A DNA stretch of 55,789 nt, filler included, from Bipalium vagum (taxonomy: Eukaryota), in assembly GCA_037834085.1 (NCBI GenBank). It is 3 parts of 3 records of this genome, joined end to end, with 100 filler letters (N's around TTAATTAATTAA, not from the genome) between each part and the next. Parts side by side here need not be neighbours in the genome. Positions count along the whole stretch, not along the records: positions 19,091 to 38,866 come from JBBMKC010264920.1; positions 38,967 to 55,789 come from JBBMKC010092151.1; 1 more part is not named here. The stretch is one strand, 5' to 3'. The notes under the pieces were generated by a model. It saw nothing but the letters and a program-made list of their open reading frames with translations, did not search any database and was not told the origin of the DNA. The translations under genes were made by a program, and so were the position numbers. Below, piece by piece: positions 27,231-40,174 of the stretch; within the stretch, counting starts at the first letter, position 1; each line of letters starts with the position of its first letter.

Positions 27231-29994
27231 TCCTTTGAAAGACAACATACAATCCTCTTCCAGCAGTTGTTTCACATTAGTCGAATTTTAATCAAATGTT
27301 TCAGTTGTCTTCTCCTTCAGCCTTCAAATCCTGAGGCTGCTTTACTCTCATTGTTTCTGTATTGTTTGCCAACGTTTTTGATTCCCTTGAAACTCTTTAC
27401 TTCTCTCCCTCCAATCAGCAAAAGATGATGAATTTCCCACGAAGAGTAATCGTTTTAGGCAAAATTGCATCAAAGAAATAAATATTTTTCATATATATAT
27501 GGTCCACACAATATTTAAATCTATGATATCGACAACTTGAATAATTGATTTAATAAAACAAATAAGTTTGACTGATCTACTACGAGTCAATATTCGTCAG
27601 AAATATTCGGTTTTCTACTGATTTTTTTCGTTTTCCAGAAATTGTTTAAAAGCGCTGTTTATTTTGAAACAATCAATAGCTTATCTAAACTTAACAAAAC
27701 AATTATTATAAATATGATTATGAACACGAATTTCTGCATCACCCTAGTANNNNNNNNNNNNNNNNNNNNNNNNNNNNNNNNNNNNNNNNNNNNNNNNNNN
27801 NNNNNNNNNNNNNNNNNNNNNNNNNNNNNNNNNNNNNNNNNNNNNNNNNNNNNNNNNNNNNNNNNNNNNNNNNNNNNNNNNNNNNNNNNNNNNNNNNNNN
27901 NNNNNNNNNNNNNNNNNNNNNNNNNNNNNNNNNNNNNNNNNNNNNNNNNNNNNNNNNNNNNNNNNNNNNNNNNNNNNNNNNNNNNNNNNNNNNNNNNNNN
28001 NNNNNNNNNNNNNNNNNNNNNNATCAAATGACGATGCTGCTGATGAGAATAGATTCCCCTCTTTGTTCTTTTGTCAGTAGTTAATCAAATGCTAATTAAT
28101 GCAAGAATTTCCATTACCGACTTCTTCGGGGGGAATTGTTGCCCATTTCTGTTTCATCTAATGACGACTGTGAGCCATTCTTAATTCCGTTTCGGTCCAT
28201 TTGGCGTTGATTAATTTTCATTAGGCAGATGGACAACATTGGTTGATCAGAAACAAAATCCCCTTTGCCCAGGTAGCGTTGGGGGGCAGCGATTAATTTG
28301 ATTATGTTTCTTCTTGAACCGTTTTCCTGATGATGGTCGTTCCAGCAAATTTATGATCGACCATCGACGCGATCATCAACGCGATCATTTACCATGAATC
28401 CGGTTTCAAGATTTTTTAATTGCAAATTCAGATTTGCCTTTCTTTTGTTTTCTCAGCAGAATTCGAAGGGCGCTTTCTGATCTCGGACAATGTCGACGTT
28501 CGTTGTGGCAAAGCACTGACGATTTTGTTTGAATCGCGAGCAAAATTTATGTTGAGAAATATATTATTATTTTTAAAAATTATTTTTATTATTACTATTA
28601 ATAGGAGTAGTATTATAATTATTATCAATTAATAATATTAGTACAATTATTACTATAATTAATTATTATTATGTATTAATAGAATTATTATTATTTATTA
28701 TTATATCTTATTATTATTTATTTATTTACTATTTATTATTACTATTCTTCTTTAATTATGCACCTAATTTATATTATAGATTATTAAAAAGCTCAACAAT
28801 AAAAATCAAAGCAGGATAATTGATTTCATATTTACTAACCAATCAAATTACAGGATGATGAAATTGTATTTATCTCCGCACAGAACTTAAAGCATTTTTA
28901 CCTGAGATAACGTTTTGTGATGTTTTGTGATACTTTATTTAAAAATGTTTTGCGAACCGATCTTGGTGTCCAATCCTATATTGGTTTTCTGTTTAAAACG
29001 CTTATTCGTTTACTATTCTTTCCCCTATCAATTAACTAAAACAAAAGTAGTTGTATTTTTTCCTTGGGCAGTCCCTATTTTTCTACTGTCCCTCTTTAAG
29101 CAGTTCAGAGTTAGAATTTTATCAATAGTGCTATTTCAAATATTAACCTTGACCTTGATCGTGAAATGATGGACGTTTGAGGAAAGGTTGAACAAGAGTG
29201 TCCATTCAACCCTTTAAGCACTATTTTGCAGAGGTACTTAAGGTGCTGAAATTTTAAGGAGGATTCCTCTTCTTTGCAATTGAGTTATTAACCATCGATT
29301 ATTAAAAGTTAAATCATTGTTTCCCAGAACGAACGAGTTTTCTCTAATATCCTCTCCTTAAAGACAGTTCCTTGACTTTGACACCTTTTCTTAGTCAGTC
29401 GCCTTCTAAGTGTTCAGTGAACTTATGAAAACCCAGATGTCAAGTTTTTATTTTACCTGTTGCATTCTTTCTGGGTTCTTCTTTTTATTCTTTCTCTCTT
29501 CTGACGTACTCTGTCGTCTTCTAACAGTCTTCTTGGGAAAAGAATTTGTGAAATGGGACCGGGTTTTAATCAGAATAAAATTTTGTCTTTTCTTTGACTA
29601 ATTAAACAAAAATGTTTTCTTTTTTAGCCAAATTGCCTGCCGTATGAGCCAATCGATGGAGACAGTGGAGACTCGGGGAAGGGTCCCAGCGAAGAGGGGT
29701 CAAATCCGCATCACCTAGCTCAAGATGGTTGGTTTGCTTTGATTTTATATTGACTTTACAGTGAAACTACTTCGGTTCCGGTGACCATTAATTAATTTAT
29801 TAATTAATTAAAAGAACATATTTCTTGTGAGAATCGTCCTTAGAAATGATTACAGATTCAGCTTGGTCAGTTTCATTTAGGCTTAAGCCTTACCAATAAA
29901 ATATTTGATCTCCATGGTAACATCAAAGAAAAGAAAGTACCGCTTTAGAAAATAATCCTTAAGGATTCATAAGAAGTTAAATGTGATAGGTATC

Positions 29995-31265
29995 CGGTAC
30001 GTGAATTAATTCGGTCCGTTTATTTTTCAATACAATAATAAACTTTATTAGGTAAAAAAAACAGGTCCGCGTACTCTGATCAAAGAATTTTCCATCACTT
30101 TCTGCTTTATTGTTCTCATCTGATTGGCCGTTGTTGGAACCCTTGACGGAAATATGTCGTCTTTCAAAGTGATCCATTCATTGAGCCTTTTTCAATTTCT
30201 TCAAAATCGTTGAAGTGCTGCCCCGTAACCTTGTGTCGTCGATCGAAACAAATCAGACTCATTCGGTGAGTAAGGCGGTGAGGTAAAACATCACAAGCAA
30301 AACCTTCGAAAGTGGCCTTCACAATCTCTGCAACATGTGGCCAGTCGCTGAAGAATAAGTTTGTCGTGTCTCTTTGCACAGTCTGGTCGCTTAGTCTTAT
30401 TCTTTTGATCGCCTTATTTAAATCTATCAATTTTTGTTTGTAAATGTCAGTAGTGACAGTCTGTTTCTCGTTTAGCAACTCTTGAAACATTACACCATTT
30501 TGTGGCCATCTTATGGAGAAAACAATACTTTCTTGCAGTACATATTCCAATTTTGTGTTGATTTGGACGATTACTTGGAGTCAGGTATCAATTCTTGTCT
30601 TTAGATATTATGGAAACATCAACTTTTCGCCTCCAGTCAGAAAGCGGACCAAAAAACGTTTCTTTTTTCTATTTAAGCAACATTTCATGCAATGCTTTCC
30701 TCCCCATGTCTCTTTCTTTCAGTTCAGATGTCAACCAACCTCTTTAAAAATCCTTCCTATGGCTACCAAACGCACAGAAATTGTTGTCCTATAAACACTT
30801 AACAATTGTTTGACCTCATTATGTAATTGGTGTTGATCTTCGTTGATTAGCACCTTTAATTTATCGTTCTTAAAAATTTTCGGCTGACCTGAACGAGATT
30901 TGTCGTAAAACTAAAATGAGCCATCTTGAAACAGTCCAGCCGTTAATTATCGCTCGGAGCAATTTCACCATAAACTTCCATGAGCATCCCATGAGCATCC
31001 CTTGAGCATCCCTTGAGCTTCAGCTGATGTCTTTTTCAAATGGAAACAGAAAATGAACACTTGGCGGAAATTTTATTTTTGCTGTTCAAATTTTGACATT
31101 TTTGATTGAGTTAAACAAAAGATGTTATTCCAAACGTTTATTAGCAGACAATTATTAAAATACTTCCAAACTGAAAAATCAATAAATCTGAAGTTAATGT
31201 TATAAAAACAATCGATAATCATTTATTGGATAATTAATTGTCGTAAAAACGGATCGAATTAATTT
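29995..31265 (-). mobile_element. Full-length-size (~1.27 kb) decayed mariner with both TIRs
   Basis: Left AATTAATTCGGTCCGTTT pairs with the right-end reverse complement AATTAATTCGATCCGTTT. Transposase relic NFRQVFIFCFHLKKTSAEA ... ELLNEKQTVTTDIYKQKLIDLNKAI ... VLPH. Confidence 0.8.
30980..31018. repeat. 11-bp tandem repeat (A/T)TGAGCATCCC x3.5 inside the mariner
   Basis: Read directly from the sequence. Confidence 0.9.
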
Positions 31266-34200
31266 AAATAATATTTTCAAACTAACAAAAAAAATAAAAA
31301 TAACGTAGAAAAATTTTAAAAATAATTAATAATTAAATTTTAAAATTAAAAATTTTTTTTTATTATTTTTTTATTTTGTTACTTACTGAAAAATCTCTGT
31401 TTAATAAAATAATTAATTTATAATAAATTATTATAACTGGAAAAGTAATTAATTTTAATTAATTAATAATGAAAATTAATTATTAATAAATTATTTTTGA
31501 ACAAAAATTTAAAAATAAAACAATAAAAAGGTTTGTGGCCACTGCAGGCTTTATGATCCTTTTTGCTAAAGAAGAAAAATGGTCTTTTTCCCTTTCAATG
31601 ACGTTCAGGATTCGAGAACGTTTTCCTCAAAGAACCCTGGCTTCTCATTCTTCCAAATCTCCTTTTACTTTATCAACTTTGAAACGATTCTCTCTAAGGG
31701 AAAATTTCCAAAGAACACCTCAGGACTTTGAAAAGTCGGTCGTTCTCGTTCTCGTCTCTCTCTTCCTCTCATTCTCTCCTCCCACAAATCGATCCCAGAA
31801 CCGAATTTAATGATACAAAATCCATTGCAAAATGATACCAATTTCGCTCCTCTCACTCCCGTGGGATTTGTCAATTAAAGAAGGAGACTTAATACAATTT
31901 GGCTTTCATTCTCGGACCGGATAAAGAGAGACCGGCCGAGTGGGAGCGTTGCCGAAGGATAGGAAGAAACACGGAGACATCTGAAGGTGATAGTGGGAGA
32001 ATGACTGGAGCTATTGATTTTATTGTCAGAAGGGAGGGGAAATTGATGGGGAAATTAAATGGAAAGCTGGAGTCGATCGCTGGTCGACTGCAAGGGGCAA
32101 TTAATTGATTGAACGCAAAAGATCAAGTTCGACAAGTTCAACCAAGACTGAGGGGCAAAGCCAGCTTTTCAAGTTGATAATGACTGATTTGGAGAGATTT
32201 GCTGAAGTGCATTCCATCCCAGAGCTGCTTGGCGTTCCTGGCCATCAGAAATTGATTAGCGCTTTCGTCGTTGGTTTTCGGGAATCTGTTTCTCCCAATT
32301 TCTTACCAGACCGTTTCGGCGTATTTTGCATACTTTCCTCCCTGCGGCTAATCGATTTTCGAGGGGGCGACCAGGGGGAAATAATGAATAATAATTTACA
32401 TTTTATTGAGAGGAGAGGCGAGTGTGCCTTCCTTTTCGTGGCGCTGATGAAAAAATAATCCAGTCTCTCCCGAAGAGGGGAAATAAAATATTAACATTGT
32501 AAAAATTAATAATGAAGACCGAGATGAAAAGAGTTCTTTTCGGCGGAATTCACTTTTTAATAAGAAACTTGTAATATTCAACAAATAAATTTAATTAAAC
32601 ATTTTAAAATAATTATCATTGGTAGATTATTTTATTTATATAAAGATGACGTGGTGGGGATAAAAGTCCTGAGACTGGAACAGAAATAAAAAATGGTTAA
32701 TATTATGTCGAACCTCGACCTCACATATTACTGACCCTATCACTCATGTTTCTGACGTGCTCTTTTCAGGAATGAATTGAAATAATCGAATTTATTAATC
32801 GATCACACAATGCTGCAATTAATTGACACCAATCGACATCGCACACCAAACACGGCCCATCACAAATGGTCAGAGTGTCAGCAAAATCAATGACAACACT
32901 GACAAAAGGACACGATGATCGAATTGTTCAGATGAATAGATAATTGCCAAATCGTTAAAGAATCAATTTATCCCAATCGATTAAATAATAATAATCAATG
33001 AATTTTCCAGTACGGAAAATCGAATAAATAATTAAAGAATTGTCAAAATAATTAATTCGGAACATGTTTGATTTATTACAGAAAAGCAGAGACAATAATA
33101 GATAATTAATATATAATAATTAATATTATTAATAATAATAATAATGAAAATAATAATAATAATAAACTAATAATAATAATAATAATAATAATAGAAAAAT
33201 TTATGAATAATTGAAAATGAAAACAAAATAATCAGTCTCACCACCAACCTTTGTCGAATCCTTCACTTTAATGTCTTCTTTCGGGGCTTCTTTTATACTT
33301 GCTCCTTCAGTAACCTGGCAAATGCTTTCGTGCTAAGTAGAGCTCACTTCGCAAAATGACAACGGTGACTCATGCTTCCATAACGGCTCGACTCTTTCCA
33401 GGGTGGTTAATTGCCGGCTTTGTAGATCAATCAACCGCGACATTCCGGAGCTATTTTTGTGTTGATCATAATTTATTATTAGTTAATATTTAATATTTAT
33501 TAATTATAGTTGTAATTAGCAAGATCGATTCGTTCTTATTTTCTTATTGCTTAACCAAGAGATCTTCAACTTCAATATTCGAAATCCACAGGTTTTAGAA
33601 CAGGTGTCCTCTACAAAGAAGTTCCCACTTCTGTGCACTTCTGTTGTCCATAAATTTTATCTACTGTTCCTTTTAACTGGTGTCAGCCAAAGTGACCCAC
33701 CATGACTGAGAGATTTTGAAGTAGTTCTCGACATCATTTCATTATTTTCACCATCGATTTCCTTGACACTTCTAATGGTTACCGGAACTGAACACATCAG
33801 ACCTTTCTTAGAGTTAGAAAACTGTCAACAATTTTTGACCTCAGAGAAAAGAGGAGGTCAACTTCTGATACCTTCATTCTTCCGTTGAACTGTCTTTCGA
33901 AAAGTCATAGCTCTCAGACGAACTAGCATAGGCTTGTTGGTTTAAGAATCAAGGAATCCGGTGTCCCTTATTGACCCTGATCTCTCGGCTACAGTGTCTG
34001 TGGATGAGAGCGTTTTGTCACTTTTTCCAGATAGACAGGCAACTGAAAAGAAGTCGTTACATCAATCAAATCCGTTTTTGAAGACCTGATCTTCAATCAC
34101 GGCATGGCATTCCTCCAGTGAGATTGACAAATGCCATTATCAATTTACGTTTCCCTATTACTGGTTTCGTCATTCCTCGGTTGTACATGTAGTGACTTGG

Positions 34201-34547
34201 GGAAAGTAGGGGTTTTTTCCAGTTTTCGTTGACAAATCATAATTTTCTCGAAAATGATAAGTCTATCATCCACGACCCCTTTGGGGTCCTTCCACTTCAA
34301 TAATTTATCTGAGGAAGTCGATTCAGCCAGGATAGGAGCTTGTGAGTGGTATACCACTACCCTCTACAATTTGTTCTGACAACTACTCCCAATCAAAACA
34401 GAATGCACATTCGATTTAGATCAGTAGTCCGCCTTCGAATCCTGAGAAATGGTTATAAAAGTCGGTTTATAGTTTCATGAATCCCCTGGATTCTTGAATT
34501 AGATTCCTCTCTTCCATTGGTTGTACTGTACATTTTTCTTTTTTTAG

Positions 34548-35179
34548 GCTCAAACTACTTCATCATGAGACAGCCTATCAGGGGAACCTTTAGACAATGC
34601 ATTCCCATTCCTTCCAGTCCTTCAAGGTCAGCCTGCCACTGTTACGTTTTACCAGAAGAATCCATGATTTCGTCAGGTCTGCCCAGCTCTTACCCTCCGG
34701 CGTACTCCCATGGTGACAATTCTCAACCAGCCGCGTCTCCAATCAACAGCATTGGCTCACAGCTCGACTACAATTCCACTTATAATTCGTTGAGTCTCCC
34801 TCGCTATCACCTTCCTCCGAATTCTGGAACAAAGTTCGGTTCCAATTCAACATTGAAGTTCCATCACTATTCTCCGGTCGATTCGGTCTTCATGAAGGAC
34901 CAGTACTCTCAACTGGCCTCGAGCAGTGCCAGCAACTGTTCGACTCCCAAAAACCGTTCTCGTCTCATCACCCCCATGCACATTAGACGAGTATCGGAGA
35001 AGGAGATGGATTCGGGAATATCCGTTATTCCGGACGACAGGTGCTCATCATTGGTGACAAGTACGACCTCGGCCTCTTCCAGCACGAAAACGGTGCTTTA
35101 CAACGGACCGTCCACGTCTTCGGTTGACGCAAGTCGCACGAATTCATCTCAATCGTACACGGACTCGATCCAAACCTGA
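34548..35179 (+). CDS. Probable terminal exon encoding a Ser/Pro-rich disordered tail (unidentified gene)
   Basis: Strong polypyrimidine acceptor (ttttctttttttag|GC), ~210 open codons, PPAY motif, AATAAA at ~35425. Confidence 0.65.
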
Positions 35180-35769
35180 TTACTTCAGATTCTCCTGAAA
35201 AAGGGGACAACTTTTTTGTGATATTTTCCAAATATTTAAAAATATAATTATACGGTTCTGGAGTTCTGACTTGGCGGGGGGGAACCCCTCTCATACGGCA
35301 GGACGGCTGTTTTCATTTTGTGATATGATTTCAACCAATACTTTCTTTCGAGCATCACACTTAACATTTCATGCTCTGAAGGACGTTCATCGCCAATCAT
35401 GTTCATAATTATAACAATAATTAATAATAAATGAATAATAAAACAAATAAATCTTTAATTCTTCATCTTGTTGAAAGTTCGAAATAGTTTCTGCCAGAGA
35501 CCATTTGGCATTATTTTATAATATTGGGTGAAAGGAAAGGGTTGTCGCTTTTCACATCACAAATCATGGATCGATAAGTCACGTGAAAAGCTTTCTATTA
35601 TTAGAAGTGCCCGTGAGTAATGTCGTTTTTATTGGAAATCGCCAACTTCTCAGGATTTACTTGCTTTAAACGCAATTATTACTAATTATTAAAATTGATT
35701 GTTTTACTTATCGATTAAATCTATAAATCATTGATCCATTATTTTGCGGAAATTAAATATAGAAATAAA

Positions 35770-36450
35770 TAGAAAAATGACAGATAATAAATGCAAAATC
35801 GAAGAAGACCACATATAATATTGTATGCTGTTCCGATGTAATTTTGGTCACAGCGATAGCACATCAACTTTTAATTGTATTAATGTAAGTGTCAGTAGTG
35901 GTCTAAAAGATTATTGAGATGAAATTCTGACCTTGAAAATGCCAAGAGAAGTGGTCGTCCTATTTAATTTGCTGGTTGTTGTGGAAAAAGTTCATACTGA
36001 ACGATTGAGGAGATTTCACAAATGACAAATACTTCATGGGTAGCAGTTCAAGGACACTTGAAGTCTATTTGGAAGTTTTTCCATTTCGGTAAATGGGATC
36101 CTTATAACCTCAGAGATTCGAACAAATCTCTAAGGTCTTTGATATCCAACATGCACTTAAATGCATATAAAAAAGAATCATTTTTTGAATATTTCATAAC
36201 GGCGGACGAGAAATGGTTTATGTATGACAAGACAGTTATGAGAAAACTGTTGATTTCCACTGGAGAACCATACAAGAAAAAATTGTGATCCAAATATCCA
36301 TGGTTCAAAAAATATCTTATTTGTTGCTGGAACATTTGTGATGTGGTTCACTTTGAAATACTTAAAGCCTGTAGAACCATTGCTACAAAATATTACTGTG
36401 ACCAGCTTGACAGATTATAGACAGCCATTGCAAAATTCAAAGTCTGATGG
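35770..36450 (+). mobile_element. Mariner transposase relic
   Basis: DLENAKRSGRP, HLKSIWK..FGKWDPYNL (WVPHEL-like), FITADEKWFMYD, and LICCWN..VVHFEILK. Confidence 0.8.
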
Positions 36451-36589
36451 GGATTTGAGAAAATACCTTGCTTCAGTACTTCAACTCCAGAAGCCGTATC
36501 TGTTGTAAAACTAGGATTGAAAAGTTTGTAAGTAGATGAAGGAAAGTCATAGAACTACTTTGTTGAATGAGTGTTGGTAATGTATCCCT

Positions 36590-36870
36590 AATAATTAGAA
36601 TAATCACAATTGTCATCAATGACACTTTGCCAAGGCTCTTAAAGTTCATTAATACCGTCTTAATAAAATCCGGACAACGGGATTTGACAGAAGATGCAAA
36701 TGCTTGTTGAACATCATTTTGATTTGTGAGGTCCTTATTTTGTGAAATCTATCAAAGGACACGAATAGATGATAATGTGTAGGAGATATATCTGGGAAAT
36801 ATGGTGGGTGAGGTAAAGTTTCGTAACCCAGTCTCTTTAATGTCTGTGCAGTTAATCCTTCAAGCAGTTG
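36590..36870 (-). mobile_element. Mariner C-terminal relic
   Basis: LKRLGYETLPHPPYFPDISPTHYHLF...DFIKDGINEL*EPWQSVIDDNCDY. Confidence 0.85.
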
Positions 36871-37329
36871 TTTCGGTCCAAAGCAGCAGTCGTTTTCGGA
36901 AGGTATGATTAGAATGCCTGTACAGCCGTTTCAGTGCAATAGCACTACTGAACAGAAGATTTATTTTCGGTTTCAAGAAAAGCTTACAGAATTTAATAAA
37001 GCATTAGTTCTCCTTCGAACTCCTCAAATAATAAGTTGTGCTTTTGACCGTATCAGCATGGTATGATGAAGGATGGTTGAAAGCCTCTAGTTGTGTTTGT
37101 TGAGGAAATTAGTCTTGAAAACTGTGATATATCTTGTCAGACTGCGGAGGAAGAATTAAAATAATTTATTTCTTGGTGACCCTTCTCCTGGAAAGACCAA
37201 AATTTCTTATATTTACCTTTATCTGTGATACGGATACATTTAAGAGAGAAATTTGCAGGAAAATAAAAAGGAAATGGATGATTAATAGACTGAGGAATTT
37301 AACTTAAGCAAATTGCCTCCAACTCAAGT

Positions 37330-38060
37330 GCATCTCAAAAAGGTTAGCAGAGAAGTTAAAGAATACCCTGAATAGCAAGGAATCAAAATAATCAGATGAC
37401 GGTCAGATAGAGAAACGCAATTCAAAGGAGTGGACATAAAGATTCTCAGCGATGTCTTGGAAAAGAGAATATCTGCTACATAGGTAGGGACTGTCGAATG
37501 AAAGTCTAGCACATTCCATCTTTTATCGCAATTGAGTCTCTCGCCCTTTGATTTTTGTGGCACGGAGCAACATCGTGAAGGAGAATCGATGAATCCTCAT
37601 TTTCAAAACAATGCTGCTGTAACGATGATACTTTGAAATTTCCCAATCCAAGAAAATATTTCCTTTCCCGTACATTTAAGAAGCTATCAGTGTTATTTTT
37701 TGGGTAGCCTTCACTTCAAATGGCCAAACCAGATTGTGGTTTATGAAATCTAACGAAAAGTGCAGCAATGACTGGTATTCAAAGGTATTGAGTGTCCAAG
37801 TATCGTCGTTACAGCAACGGTATTTTACGAATGAGGATCCATGGCCCGATTGATATTACATATCTTGGGAACTTTGTGGTTTTTTAATCTACCCCGTTCC
37901 ACGCCAACAAGACTTGTGAATGTTATCAAGACTAAAGGAGGTTCCACCAATTATTAAAGACCAAAATATTATTTGTTAATGTCTATTTTTAATTGTAATT
38001 GGATCTCTATGCTAAAACTAAGGAATTTGTTTGCCCTAATACATTTATTTATCTTCATAA
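37330..38060 (+). mobile_element. Tc1-like (DD34E) transposase relic
   Basis: DESSF, SVIFWVAFTSNGQTRLWF.....NDWYSKVL, and C-terminal NVIKTKGGSTNY*. Confidence 0.7.
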
Positions 38061-38866
38061 TGTTTTTCTTCACGGTATTGGTTATCGCTCTGTAGTTACA
38101 GTGCTCAATTTCCGCATTTTTAAAAATATGTTAATTTTTTATTTGAACCAATCCCGATATCAGAATAATTCACCTTATTGTCGTTAGGTTCAACTATAGA
38201 GATGATCTAGTTTTAAAATTTAAGTAGGTCAAATAAAATTTAAATTATAAACCAGGTCGATAACTAATTTGTTCAACTTTGTCAACTAGGTAACACTTGG
38301 TCATGGTTACAAAAATTAATTAAACAACCTCTTATTATTAAGACGTAGAGCTCTTTCTCTCAAATACATTGAACCAACATTTCCCTCTTCTTCCTGATGT
38401 ACCATCGAGAAAATCTTTCTTTATGGTAACTTAAATTCTTGATAATCTTCTTCGTGATAGGCCTGATACCCGTACCCGCCTTTAGCAGCATAATTGCAGT
38501 TTACGTTATAACACTGTGGGTTATAACTCACACAATAAATCAATAAGCTTTATTACTTCCCCAATACAACAGAAAAATGACACAATAAATATCAATACGA
38601 TTCTCAAATGCCATTCATTTAATTAAAAAATACTCAACCCTTCCTAATTTGTTACCTAACGTGTTTAAATCCTTCGAAATCAAAACATATTACTATCATA
38701 CCTGCATTCTCCACTTTTCTACAGGTTGCGTGCGATATTTTCATTTCACAATTATTTCGCCTTTCTCAGGCAGCTCTGTAAGCCACTTATAAATGAACTT
38801 ACAGAGCTCCTAATTCGAAAACTTCCAATACTACGAACAAAATTTCATCTGAAACAGCATTAGCTG

Positions 38867-38966
38867 NNNNNNNNNNNNNNNNNNNNNNNNNNNNNNNNNN
38901 NNNNNNNNNNTTAATTAATTAANNNNNNNNNNNNNNNNNNNNNNNNNNNNNNNNNNNNNNNNNNNN
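38867..38966. other. Artificial assembly spacer 44N-TTAATTAATTAA-44N
   Basis: Same 100-bp structure as 18991-19090. Confidence 0.9.
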
Positions 38967-40174
38967 TTACAATACTTCAAAGAATTGTTATGAATCATGT
39001 AATATGAGTAGTGAATAAATAAATACTGTTCATATTTAATTTTATTTTGATTTATTTGAATTATAATTTATAAGGGCAATAAAGTCAAAATTTTACAGTT
39101 TATAGATCAATTTTTAGTAATTAATAGGTCAAAACGTTAGGTCAATTTTTTGGTGGCCCTAGTTATAATTAAATAAAAAAAATACTCAGACCAGGACTTA
39201 CCATTTTTATAACATAACTCACAATATAATTCCTTCATTTTTGATTTGTTTTTTTGAGCTATGTTTATTTTTTATGTAATGATTTATATATATACTTTTT
39301 CAATATATATTTATTCAAGGAGTATTGATAATATGATAATTAGTGGGAAAACAATGATGAAACTCAAGAATTAAGATTTTAAATAAAATTCTATATTTAT
39401 GTCTTAAAGACTTTGAGTGAGCGCCAGCGATCAAAGAAACTTAAAAAAATTTCTGAAACAATAATTTATGTAAATCAAATTTTCAAAATGTGTAGAACAA
39501 TTTTGATCTTAAGAATGAAATCAACAAAGACTGGATATTTGATTTTTCTGGACAGCACTAAGCATGCAGACAAGATAAGCACATAATAACTTAAATAGAT
39601 TTTATTCCAAACATTTAGTGAATTATAAAAATATTGTTGATGGAATATCCCAAACATGTAGAAATCACGTGAAGCATTTTGGACCAATACTAACAGATGT
39701 CTAAAATAATTTTAATACTCAAAAGTTATTTCAGAAGTAACTATTTGAATGAACCTTTCTATCAACATTGGTTAGCATAAAAAAATCAACAAATTGGATT
39801 CACAAAACAATCGAAAAATTTTCAGGTTCCAGATGACAAAAAATATATTACTCAAAATATTTAACACACGAAGTTTCTACAAAAGCATGTTTATTTACAA
39901 TAGCAGTGTGAAATATTCAAAAATTTTATTCAACAAAATATGTAACTATTTATAAAAACAGTTTCAGGTTTCAAACTAGAATTTATTTGGAATTCTTTGA
40001 CATTTTTCAAATAATTTTTATAGATTGCCAAATTTGAACCATCATATTATTATAACAATTTTAAAATATATGATTACACACCAAATATAATATCTTCACT
40101 AATATAATCAAATTGAATGAAGTAACTCTCTTATCTCAACTATGATCTGAAGATAACATTACCACCAATATATT

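Noticed and set aside
27642-28031. ORFs spanning the N gap
   Set aside because: Artefacts of translating Ns.
28326-28350. CTGATGA hammerhead-core-like words (also ~9625, ~20517, ~28040)
   Set aside because: No correctly placed GAAA and helix II/III.
30980-31018. Short repeat array considered as CRISPR-like
   Set aside because: No spacers; simple slippage duplication inside a eukaryotic transposon.
31535-32584. Cluster of 60-117 aa ORFs
   Set aside because: Mostly non-ATG starts, no recognisable domains and no consistent splice model.
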